Shown here one piece after another: positions 1-7,395 of a DNA stretch of 32,000 nt. Origin of the DNA: Candidatus Peribacter riflensis (GTDB lineage: Bacteria > Patescibacteriota > Gracilibacteria > Peribacterales > Peribacteraceae); assembly GCA_001430755.1 (NCBI GenBank), contig CP013062.1:900001-932000 (forward strand), in the 5' to 3' direction. Each line of letters starts with the position of its first letter. The stretch's first letter is position 1. The position numbers and the translations under genes were made by a program. A model generated the notes under the pieces. That model did not search any database. It saw only the letters and a list, made by a program, of their open reading frames with translations, and was not told the DNA's origin.

Positions 1-141
1 ATCGGCCGCACGCTCCTGCTCAGGGACAAAGGTGACGAGCGCGACTATCTGGCCGAAACGAAAGACGGGCCGAAACTCGTGCGCTTAAAGAAGGGTGAGA
101 AGCAGTGGTACGTGGAGGAAGTGCAGACACTGAGGGAATGA
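1..141 (+). CDS. 3' end of an upstream gene that starts outside the window (product unknown)
   Basis: Frame 1 is open from base 1 (IGRTLLLRDKGDERDYLAETKDGPKLVRLKKGEKQWYVEEVQTLRE*). Its TGA (139-141) overlaps the ATG (138-140) of the next gene as ATGA. It is missing from the ORF track because it has no start in the window. Confidence 0.4.
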   Translation: MGRTLLLRDKGDERDYLAETKDGPKLVRLKKGEKQWYVEEVQTLRE

Positions 142-881
142 GACCTCGTGTCTCCCTCCTCGGCGTACCTTTGGATCCCGTCACCCGGACGGAGGCTGTG
201 ATGATCATCCGGGGATTTCTGCGCGAGGGAATTCAGCGGCATGTGATGACGCCGAATAACGAAATGCTGGTGGAAGCGGTACACAATGTGCCATTTCAGG
301 AGCTCCTCAACCGCTCAGATCTGAACATCCCCGATTCCACCGGCCTCCTCAAGATGGCCCGGCTGACGGGACAGAGCTTGCCCGAGCGTGTGACGGGCGT
401 GGATACCGTCACCTCGCTCTGCAGGGAGCTCACCGAAGAAACTCCTGTTTTCCTCTTGGGGGCGAAACCGGGTGTCGCAGAGGCCGCAGCTGCAACGCTC
501 ATGAGGCAGAATGCTCGCTTGAAAATCGTCGGCTGCTTTGCGGGAAGCCCAAAGGAAGAAGATGCCCCCGGCATCGTGAACATGATCTGTGCCGCCGCAC
601 CGCACCTGCTCTTCGTCGCGTTCGGCGCCCCCGCGCAGGATCTGTGGATCGCGAAACACCTCAAAGACCTTCCCTCCGTGCACGTGGCAATGGGCGTCGG
701 CGGGACCTTCGACTTCCTCGCAGGCGTGCGCAAGCGCGCCCCGATTGGAATGCAGCGCCTCGGGCTGGAATGGCTCTGGCGCCTCCTCAAAGAGCCGAAG
801 AGAATCGGCAGAATCTGGGAAGCGGTCGTGGTGTTTCCGCTACTGGTACTGCGTTACGGCAAAGATGTTCCGCAGAAATGA
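138..881 (+). CDS. WecG/TagA/CpsF-family glycosyltransferase
   Basis: MRPRVSLLGVPLDPVT..., LLGAKPGVAE, FVAFGAPAQDLWI, GVGGTFDFLAG..KRAP and GLEWLWRLLKEPKR match the family pattern. ATG at 138 is preferred over GTG at 105 because of the ATGA junction. Confidence 0.85.
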   Translation: MRPRVSLLGVPLDPVTRTEAVMIIRGFLREGIQRHVMTPNNEMLVEAVHNVPFQELLNRSDLNIPDSTGLLKMARLTGQSLPERVTGVDTVTSLCRELTEETPVFLLGAKPGVAEAAAATLMRQNARLKIVGCFAGSPKEEDAPGIVNMICAAAPHLLFVAFGAPAQDLWIAKHLKDLPSVHVAMGVGGTFDFLAGVRKRAPIGMQRLGLEWLWRLLKEPKRIGRIWEAVVVFPLLVLRYGKDVPQK

Positions 882-944
882 AATCCAACAAAACAACCTA
901 CACAAACGGAACAGAAACAAACAGTACACAGCATACAGGTGGGG

Positions 945-1110
945 GCGCGACACGGGGGGTGAAGGGGAAGGCCCTGCCACGCGAAGCGTGGAATGCCGAC
1001 GAGACGAGCCGAAGCCTTGGAGGCAAGGCGAGGAGGAACAGGGCCGGGCGGAGCGGGGATTGGCGCGCACGCGTTTTGGCTCCACCTTTGTCGCTCGGAC
1101 AAAGGTGGAA
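945..1110. repeat. Copy A of a ~166-nt conserved structured intergenic element (candidate ncRNA, strand unresolved)
   Basis: Aligns nearly base for base with 8412-8577. Nested helices at 945-952/1061-1068 and 970-976/1039-1045, hairpin 977-991, and terminal hairpin 1081-1109. Confidence 0.6.
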
Positions 1111-1158
1111 AGAAATCCAATTCGCCTCACCAGCCTCACTTCGCTATAGTGACCCCCC

Positions 1159-1890
1159 ATGCGCAAAGCCACCCTCTTCACCTTGAGCTGCAGCCTGCTC
1201 CTCGCAGCCTGCACGCTCCCCACCCCCTCTCGGCAGCAACAGAACTCTCCCGCATCTTCGTCGAGCGCAAGCTCCGAAGAAGTACAACTCCAGGGGGAGG
1301 AAATCGGCGAGGGCATGCCCCTGACTGAGGAACTGACCGAGACCGGCGCTCTGGCCGAACGATTCCTCTCGACTGGCGTACTCGAGATCGGCAACCCACA
1401 GGCGCCTCTGACCCTCCTCATGTTCACCGAACACCACTGCAGCTACTGCCGGCAGGTTTTGCTCGAGCTCTTTCCGCGACTCAAGACAGACGCACTCGAC
1501 TTGGGCAGTGTGAAAGTACAGATCGCCATGCTCCCCCTGCAGAAATACCAGAAGAGCACCGAGGCCGCCCTGGGTTTCATCTGCAGCGCCGCACAGGGCA
1601 AAGGGCTCGCCATGCATGACACCCTCTTCCGCAACCCCAATAAATCCAAGGAGGCGATTCTCTCGTACGCGGTGGATCTGAAGCTCGACACCGCCTTGCT
1701 GCGCGACTGCATGAAGAGCGCACGGACGACCGCCATGCTCGAGGACCAGCAGGTCTGGGCGCAGAGCCTGGGAATAGATGTGGTGCCCACGTTCTTCCTC
1801 AACGGCGAAAAGTTCATCGGGCTCCCGTATTATCCAGATCTCAGGGGCAGAATCGAAGAGGCACTGCAAGCGCTCAAGGAGCAGCAGTGA
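1159..1890 (+). CDS. DsbA-family thioredoxin-fold thiol:disulfide oxidoreductase, lipoprotein
   Basis: Signal peptide with lipobox LLLAAC. CxxC active site (HHCSYC) in a Trx-like context, followed by VPTFFLNG. Confidence 0.8.
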   Translation: MRKATLFTLSCSLLLAACTLPTPSRQQQNSPASSSSASSEEVQLQGEEIGEGMPLTEELTETGALAERFLSTGVLEIGNPQAPLTLLMFTEHHCSYCRQVLLELFPRLKTDALDLGSVKVQIAMLPLQKYQKSTEAALGFICSAAQGKGLAMHDTLFRNPNKSKEAILSYAVDLKLDTALLRDCMKSARTTAMLEDQQVWAQSLGIDVVPTFFLNGEKFIGLPYYPDLRGRIEEALQALKEQQ

Positions 1891-2248
1891 TCCGTGCACG
1901 GATGCGCACCGCCTTCGTCCTGGATGTCTGACCTTTGAGTATTTCTACGTGCGATTTCGCCACGCCAAATTCCTTCGCGAGAAACTGGATGAGGGCGGCA
2001 TTGGCCTGGCCATCTTCCGGAGCCGCTGCAAGGTCGATTTTCAGTATGCCATCGGCCATGACACCTTTCGCGCCGGTGTGCTTCGCCCCGGGATGCACGC
2101 GGACGGTGAATGATACTTCGCCTTGGGAAACCAATCGGACACGGATTCGTTCGAACACACGAAGAGTATGCCACTCTCCTAACCCTAACCCTAGCCCTAC
2201 CCCTAACCCTAGCCCTCCCCCCTCCCCCCTACATTCGCCTTCCTCCAC
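1874..2248 (-). CDS. DUF167 (YggU-family) protein; start uncertain (GTG 2248 or GTG 2158)
   Basis: VRVHPGAK....ILKIDLAAAPEDGQANAALIQFLAKEFGVAKSHVEILKGQTSRTKAV is the DUF167 signature. The N-terminal GLGLGVGLGLGLG would be translated from the hexamer repeat, so the shorter start may be the real one. Confidence 0.75.
   Translation of the reverse strand: MEEGECRGEGGGLGLGVGLGLGLGEWHTLRVFERIRVRLVSQGEVSFTVRVHPGAKHTGAKGVMADGILKIDLAAAPEDGQANAALIQFLAKEFGVAKSHVEILKGQTSRTKAVRIRARITAAP
2178..2225. repeat. Eight tandem hexamers, CCTAAC/CCTAGC/CCTACC on + and (TTAGGG-like)n on the transcribed minus strand
   Basis: Direct reading: cctaac cctaac cctagc cctacc cctaac cctagc cctccc ccctcc. The trmD stop codon (2209-2211) lies inside one unit. 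Confidence 0.8.
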
Positions 2249-2916
2249 TTTTCGATCTCTTTGTGGTGCCCCGAGAGGAGCACATCCGGAACAGTGAGCC
2301 CCCGGAATTCCTCGGGCCGCGTGTAGTGGGGATACTCCTTCTTGCGATTGAGGGAAGCGGAGAAACTCTCTTCGGTCGCAGACTCATCCTTGCCGAGCAC
2401 GCCAGGAATCTGCCGGGCGATGGCATCCACGAGCACCATGGCAGGGAGCTCCCCGCCCGTGAGCACGTAGTCGCCGATGCTCACCTCCTCGTCGATCCAT
2501 CCCCCGTCGATGATGCGCTGATCGATGCCCTCATAATGCCCACAGAGCAGAATGAGCCAATCGCACTTGGCCAGACGCTCCACGTTGGTCTGCTTGAGCT
2601 TCTTTCCGCGCGGGGAAAAATAAATTCTCCAAGGACTTCCTTTCTTTCCTTTCATTCTTTTATTTCCTCTCTTTCCTTTCTCCCCCTCACTCACAACCGC
2701 TTCCAATGCCGGCACAATCACATCGGCCCTCATCACCATCCCCGCCCCGCCGCCGTACGGCGCGTCATCGACCTGATGATACTTACCGAGCCCGAATTCC
2801 CTCAAGTCATGGAACCGGATATCCAATAACTCCTTCTCTTGCGCACGTTGAAGGATGCTCTCGGTCAGAGGCCCCTGAAACATGCCGGGGAAGAGCGTGA
2901 GAATATCGATGCGCAT
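2209..2916 (-). CDS. trmD: tRNA (guanine37-N1)-methyltransferase TrmD
   Basis: MRIDILTLFPGMF, DDAPYGGGAGMVM, LLCGHYEGIDQR, SIGDYVLTGGELPAMVLVDA and HYTRPEEF..VPDVLLSGHH are all present. ATG at 2916 is preferred over TTG at 2940. Confidence 0.9.
   Translation of the reverse strand: MRIDILTLFPGMFQGPLTESILQRAQEKELLDIRFHDLREFGLGKYHQVDDAPYGGGAGMVMRADVIVPALEAVVSEGEKGKRGNKRMKGKKGSPWRIYFSPRGKKLKQTNVERLAKCDWLILLCGHYEGIDQRIIDGGWIDEEVSIGDYVLTGGELPAMVLVDAIARQIPGVLGKDESATEESFSASLNRKKEYPHYTRPEEFRGLTVPDVLLSGHHKEIEKWRKANVGGRGEG
2636..2690. repeat. Near-pure polypyrimidine (+) / polypurine (-) tract with ~9-nt periodicity inside trmD
   Basis: cttcctttctttcctttcattcttttatttcctctctttcctttctccccctc. It encodes the in-frame insert SEGEKGKRGNKRMKGKKGSP. 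Confidence 0.7.
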
Positions 2917-2957
2917 GGACAAAGAAGTGTAGCACTGCAACGGAGGATGGCGGCTCT

Positions 2958-3662
2958 CTAGTGCTTGCGATGGTAGAACATCGTGCCGCCGCGTGTCGTC
3001 TCGCCCATCTTAAGATTCCCGCGCTGCGAAAAGGACCGCCCGACTTCTTCTCTGCGCGGCACCTCACCCAGCGCCACCTTGAGCCGTTTGAACACCTCCG
3101 CATCCCCATCATCCCCTTCGTCGCCATCCGTGCCACGCTGCTCTGCCTCCCGACCGAGCACATCATTATAGGCGTCACGCAATCGATAGAGCCGATCTTT
3201 TTCTGAGAGAGAAAGCGCTCCGTTCTCCCTCACGGCAGATTCGGCATCAATGAGAAATGTCCTGCAGAGGGCAGCAAGCTCGAGAGATGAAAGGGAATAC
3301 CATTCTGATTCAGGGTGAGCTGTGGAAGGAGCTGCTCCCTCGACAGGGGAATCTGTAACTGCTGTTTCCGGACGCGATTCATCGAGGACGCGGGAAAATC
3401 GTCCGACGAGTGTGCCACGATCCCGCTCTCCATCCGAAGCATGGAGATAGGCCACCCGAAGCTCGCGGACCAGGATAAGGACGGACTCCGGCAAATTCTG
3501 CTTCTGTGCAAGCTCCACCTCCGCTTGCCCCAATACCTGTTCGCAGGTTTTCCGGACATAGCCGGCAAGCGTGGGGGCAGCGACCATACAGGTCTCTTGA
3601 ACGACTGCCACTCCGGGCGTTGTGCCGGCCAGAATCACGTGATGATTGGAATCCAGAGGCAT
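2958..3662 (-). CDS. Hypothetical protein with an acidic low-complexity segment
   Basis: 234-codon ATG-initiated ORF co-directional with the neighbouring genes. I recognise no family motif. Confidence 0.5.
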   Translation of the reverse strand: MPLDSNHHVILAGTTPGVAVVQETCMVAAPTLAGYVRKTCEQVLGQAEVELAQKQNLPESVLILVRELRVAYLHASDGERDRGTLVGRFSRVLDESRPETAVTDSPVEGAAPSTAHPESEWYSLSSLELAALCRTFLIDAESAVRENGALSLSEKDRLYRLRDAYNDVLGREAEQRGTDGDEGDDGDAEVFKRLKVALGEVPRREEVGRSFSQRGNLKMGETTRGGTMFYHRKH

Positions 3663-3725
3663 CGCAGACGCAGGAAAAGAGAGCAGCAGTCTAGGGCTGA
3701 AAACCGCTCCGTCAAGGCAAAAACC

Positions 3726-4613
3726 TCATGCAAATGCTTTCAGCCACCGGCTCGTATCCACGATCTTCACCTCCTCCACCGGCGTGGTCGTCACCCCCTC
3801 GCGCGGCTTGAGGCGCTCGTGGAAGGCGGGGACGTCTTCGGTCTGATACAGAATGCCCGTAGCCACGCGCTTCTGCGTGTCGACCGCGAGCGCACGCGCC
3901 TTTTCGAAGTCCTTGGGATCATGCCCTTTCGCATTCGCGTCGTAGCAGTGATTGAGCAGCCACTCATGCGTGGCAAATTTATTGTAGGTGGGGCACGCCT
4001 GCAGCATGTCGACGTACGCGAACCCGCGGTGCCGGATGGCCGCCGTGAGGATGCGCGTCATCTGCGGAATATCGCCGCTCCATCCGCGCGCGACGAACGT
4101 GGGCTGCAGCGAGAAAACGAAATCCATGCTGTTTAAAGTCGTTTCGGGAACGCCGTTGGGTGAGGAATTCATGGGCTGATCCTGCCATGTGAGTGCACTC
4201 GCCTGCCCCGTGGTGAGCCCGTAGTTCGCATTGTTGTGCATGATGAACGTCATGCGGTAATTGCTGCGCACGGCATGGACGAGGTGCCCCACGCCCTCCG
4301 AGAAACTGGCTCCGTCTCCACCGAAGGCCAGCACGGGAATGTGAGGGTTGGCCAGTGCCGCACCCGCAGCGAGCGGGAGCACGCGGCCGTGGAGTCCGTG
4401 GAAGCGGTAGCCGAGGAGCTTGTCGGACATGTTGCCGTGGCACCCCACATCGAAGCAGAGCAGCACCTGCCAGGGAGCCATGTTCAGATCGACGAGCGCA
4501 CGCTTCGCCGCCGTCCAGATGCCGTAATCCCCGCACCCGTCGCACCACGTGCAGAGCTGGTCGCACGCGTAGTCGTGCAATGAAGGGCCGGAAGATGAAG
4601 CAGATTTTTTCAT
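3726..4613 (-). CDS. 2-oxoacid:ferredoxin oxidoreductase, beta (TPP-binding) subunit
   Basis: CTWCDGCGDYG, FGGDGASFSEGVGHLVHAVRSN and IMHNNANYGLTTGQ. 4-nt overlap with the alpha subunit gene. Confidence 0.9.
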   Translation of the reverse strand: MKKSASSSGPSLHDYACDQLCTWCDGCGDYGIWTAAKRALVDLNMAPWQVLLCFDVGCHGNMSDKLLGYRFHGLHGRVLPLAAGAALANPHIPVLAFGGDGASFSEGVGHLVHAVRSNYRMTFIMHNNANYGLTTGQASALTWQDQPMNSSPNGVPETTLNSMDFVFSLQPTFVARGWSGDIPQMTRILTAAIRHRGFAYVDMLQACPTYNKFATHEWLLNHCYDANAKGHDPKDFEKARALAVDTQKRVATGILYQTEDVPAFHERLKPREGVTTTPVEEVKIVDTSRWLKAFA

Positions 4614-6367
4614 GACTGCAGAGCGGAAAGGAGTGCATCGCGGAGTTCCTCGTAGAAGAACGGCCGACCGTCGAACTTGAGGATGTGTTGCGTGGCGTCA
4701 CGCCCGGAAGCGAGCTTCAGAAGAGAGGCGAGCTGCGCGCCGTGATTGCACTCCACGAAAACCGTGCGCCTGGCCGTGCGCGAGAGCATCTCGAAACTCT
4801 CGGTCTTGAGCGGCCAGAGGTACTGGTAGTGCAGGTAGCCGATCGATTTCTTCTTCATGTCTTCAGTGCCCAGTACATCCAGGATGACACCGCGATTGCT
4901 CCCCCAGCTCACGAGCAGCGTTTCGGGATTTTTGGGCCCGACATACAGAGGCTCAGGCAGTGCGGCTTTGAGAGCAGCCATTTTCTTGAGACGCTTCTCC
5001 ATCTGCCGGCGCGCGTTCTCCGCGTCCTCGGTGACCGATCCATCCGGACCGTGCTCGTCCCCCTGCGCACAGAACGTGGGGGCTTCGCTCCCGGGGAGCC
5101 AGCGCTTCGAAACACCATCGGGTGCAGCAGGATCGTACCGGTCGGCGGATCGCAGCTGCGAAAGTGCGTTGGCATCCGTGACGAGCAGTCCGCGCTTGAG
5201 CTTGGCGACGGACTGATCGAAGGCAGGCTGCGTGAAGAGCGCCTCTGCCGTCTGCTTATCGGTGAGCACAATCACCGGAATCTGGAATTCCTCGGCATAG
5301 TTGAACGCCTCAGGCATGAGATCAAAACAATCCTGTGCATCGCTGACCGCGAGCACCAGCCGCGTAAACTCGCCGTGACCGGCTCCCACCGCGAGCGTCA
5401 GATCCCCCTGTGCCGTCCACGTGGGGAGTGCCGTGCCGGGACCCGGTCGCTGCGCGAGCACGAACACCGCCGGCGTCTCGGTGATACCTGTGAGCGACAA
5501 CGTCTCGGTCATGAGATCGAACCCGCCGCCGCTCGTCGCCGTCATGGCGCGCGTGCCCATGTGCATGGCTCCCACCATCATCTGCGCGGCGGTAATCTCG
5601 TCCTCCGCCTGCTTCACGAGCATCTTCGTCTCGTTCTGCATGTCGGCGATGTAGGTGAGGAGCGGCGAAGAGGGCGTCATGGGATACCCAACGTACACAC
5701 GGCATCCCGCATGGATGATCCCCAGCCCCATCGCCTGGCTTCCCGTGAGCAGCAGATAGTCTTTCCACTGCGGGTTGGCCCGGGGGAGCGTGAGAGACAG
5801 AGACGGCGCGATCTCGGTACGCACTTTGAATCCCTCTGCGATGCACGAAAAATTGAGCGCGAGCAGATCTTTCTTGTGACCGAACTGCTCGGTGACGAGT
5901 GCCTTGAGCTCATCTGCACTGCGCCCCAGCAGGGACCAGACCACGGCCGTGATCAGCACGTTACCGAGAATGGGCTTGGCTTTGAGGGCACGCAGCACCT
6001 CCTCCGTCGGCAGATACAGCACCTTGATGTCGTGTTCCTCAATGAACTTCTGGTCGGCGGCGTCTTTGAATTTCCACTGCGGCGTCTGGTGGAGCAGGAT
6101 GCCCCCTTTTTTGAGGTCCCGAAGGTTCTTGGTGATCCCGTGATGATTAAAGGTCACGACCACATCAACGGTCGTCGTCGAACTGCCGACCGACTCCGCA
6201 TCGATATCGAGCTGGTAACTCGAGTGCCCGCCCTTGATGAGCGACATGTACTCGCGGTACCCGAACACGCAGTACCCGGCACGCTTGAGGCCCTTGGCAC
6301 ACATCTCGCCCACAGAGTTCACTCCCTGACCCTGCGCGCCAACAATTTTCAGAGATAGTCTGGTCAT
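4610..6367 (-). CDS. 2-oxoacid:ferredoxin oxidoreductase, alpha subunit with fused N-terminal gamma-like domain
   Basis: MTRLSLKIVGAQGQGVNS...IKGGHSSY is the gamma-like part, then GSQAMGLGIIHAGCRVYVGYPMTPSS and TSGGGFDLM form the alpha part. ATG at 6367; the track start at 6580 adds an Arg/Ser-rich extension that overlaps the flavodoxin gene. Confidence 0.9.
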   Translation of the reverse strand: MTRLSLKIVGAQGQGVNSVGEMCAKGLKRAGYCVFGYREYMSLIKGGHSSYQLDIDAESVGSSTTTVDVVVTFNHHGITKNLRDLKKGGILLHQTPQWKFKDAADQKFIEEHDIKVLYLPTEEVLRALKAKPILGNVLITAVVWSLLGRSADELKALVTEQFGHKKDLLALNFSCIAEGFKVRTEIAPSLSLTLPRANPQWKDYLLLTGSQAMGLGIIHAGCRVYVGYPMTPSSPLLTYIADMQNETKMLVKQAEDEITAAQMMVGAMHMGTRAMTATSGGGFDLMTETLSLTGITETPAVFVLAQRPGPGTALPTWTAQGDLTLAVGAGHGEFTRLVLAVSDAQDCFDLMPEAFNYAEEFQIPVIVLTDKQTAEALFTQPAFDQSVAKLKRGLLVTDANALSQLRSADRYDPAAPDGVSKRWLPGSEAPTFCAQGDEHGPDGSVTEDAENARRQMEKRLKKMAALKAALPEPLYVGPKNPETLLVSWGSNRGVILDVLGTEDMKKKSIGYLHYQYLWPLKTESFEMLSRTARRTVFVECNHGAQLASLLKLASGRDATQHILKFDGRPFFYEELRDALLSALQS

Positions 6368-6479
6368 AAGAAAACGGTGTAAGAACTCAACACCATTGCC
6401 TCGGCGGAGCGACTTGCCACGGCATAGCGTAGCGAAGACGGGAGCGGAGACGGGCCGACGATTTTGATGGCGAGGCGCG

Positions 6480-6947
6480 TCATGATTGCTTGGGGGTAAC
6501 CTTCGCAAGGAGCTTCTGCCCCCATGCCGCAATTTTTTCCTCCTGACCGTACGGCTCCCCGATGAGGATGAGCGGATCAACGCACATCGTACCGTTATGT
6601 TCGCGTACGAATTTCATCAGGTGCTCGGTGGCACGGGCGGTGTAGTAGTAACGGCTGTCGCCCAGTGCGATGAGCGCACAGGGTTTCTTGTTTAAATCCA
6701 CCGCGCGCGCGCGGTCCGTGAGCAGGGCATGCATGTGCGGATGTAATTGCCCCTCGCTCCCGCCGGTGTTCCACGTGCCGCAGGCCAGCAGGAGGACATC
6801 GCCCTTGAGCAGATCCTCGGCACTCGCCGCTTCGGCGCGCTGTTTCTCGGCCGTCACATCCTTGCGTATCAGAACGGGGAGCAGTGTATCGACGACATGC
6901 TCCGTGTGGCCGGTGGAGGTGGAGTAGACAACGTGCAGCAACGCCAC
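6480..6947 (-). CDS. Flavodoxin (short-chain)
   Basis: VVYSTSTGHTE phosphate-binding loop, LLLACGTWNTG and ALGDSRYYY. GTG start. Confidence 0.85.
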   Translation of the reverse strand: MALLHVVYSTSTGHTEHVVDTLLPVLIRKDVTAEKQRAEAASAEDLLKGDVLLLACGTWNTGGSEGQLHPHMHALLTDRARAVDLNKKPCALIALGDSRYYYTARATEHLMKFVREHNGTMCVDPLILIGEPYGQEEKIAAWGQKLLAKVTPKQS

Positions 6948-7026
6948 AGATGCAGGGGAAACAGATATGCAGTGTAGCGGCTGTTCTGCCTTCAGAAAAC
7001 GGAAAGATCAGAGGTTTTGAAGCACG

Positions 7027-7054
7027 TTGACTTCTGTGGGAGTGCGGGGAAAAT
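7027..7054 (+). promoter_or_regulatory. Candidate sigma70-type promoter placing the TSS at the ATG of the 7061 ORF (leaderless)
   Basis: TTGACT (7027-7032), 16-nt spacer, GAAAAT (7049-7054). The A of the ATG sits 7 nt after the -10 box. Confidence 0.3.
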
Positions 7055-7060
7055 CGGGGT

Positions 7061-7294
7061 ATGGAAACTTCCACTTCCACAACACCGGCAGACATGTTCA
7101 TGGAAGGACTGCGCCAGGATCCCGCCCTCGTAGAGGCGCTCTCGAAGGAGGGCCTCGTCATTCAGGCGATAGAGGGGAAGAAGGTGACAGTGGATTACTG
7201 GAAGCACAATCAAGAGCGCGTCCGCCAGACACTGGCCTCGATCAGCCGGCAGCTGGGGATACAGATCGACTTCGACCTGCGGGCACGCGGGTGA
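7061..7294 (+). CDS. Small hypothetical protein (77 aa)
   Basis: ATG ORF in a divergent intergenic position with protein-like composition. No recognisable family. Confidence 0.45.
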   Translation: METSTSTTPADMFMEGLRQDPALVEALSKEGLVIQAIEGKKVTVDYWKHNQERVRQTLASISRQLGIQIDFDLRARG

Positions 7295-7395
7295 AACGAA
7301 TGACCGCTTCGGAGAATCAATAAGCAGGAATACGGGCTAAACGGGCCATTTCCTTGCCGGAAGAGCCTGTCTCCGATAGGCTCCCCCATACTCTT

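Noticed and set aside
953-1060. Intramolecular G-quadruplex formed by the four G-runs of the structured element
   Set aside because: One of the four G-tracts in copy A (GGG at 1046-1048) reads GAG in copy B, so the G4 is not conserved, whereas the Watson-Crick helices are.
993-1328. ORFs running through the two repeat copies (993..1328, 589..1149, 8395..8613, 854..1120, 8367..8627) as possible small proteins
   Set aside because: The two copies differ by 1-nt and 2-nt indels between conserved blocks, so no single reading frame is conserved across the element. The nucleotide-level helices with compensatory changes explain the conservation better.
1144-1899. 251-aa minus-strand ORF
   Set aside because: It is antisense to the DsbA-like lipoprotein gene, which has a signal peptide, a lipobox and a CxxC motif.
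2178-2225. Telomere-like CCCTAA repeats as a sign of eukaryotic contamination or a linear replicon end
   Set aside because: The array is only 48 bp long and is embedded between bacterial trmD and DUF167 coding sequence on a continuous operon. One repeat unit supplies the trmD stop codon.
3315-4136. 273-aa plus-strand ORF spanning the hypothetical gene and the oxidoreductase beta subunit
   Set aside because: It is antisense to two co-directional genes and crosses their intergenic gap. Its composition is typical of a wrong-frame GC-rich translation.
4685-6358. 557-aa plus-strand ORF, the longest ORF in its region
   Set aside because: It is exactly antisense to the clearly recognisable oxidoreductase alpha subunit. 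Its product is Arg/His/Gly/Leu-rich with no family motifs. Long antisense ORFs are expected in GC-rich DNA.
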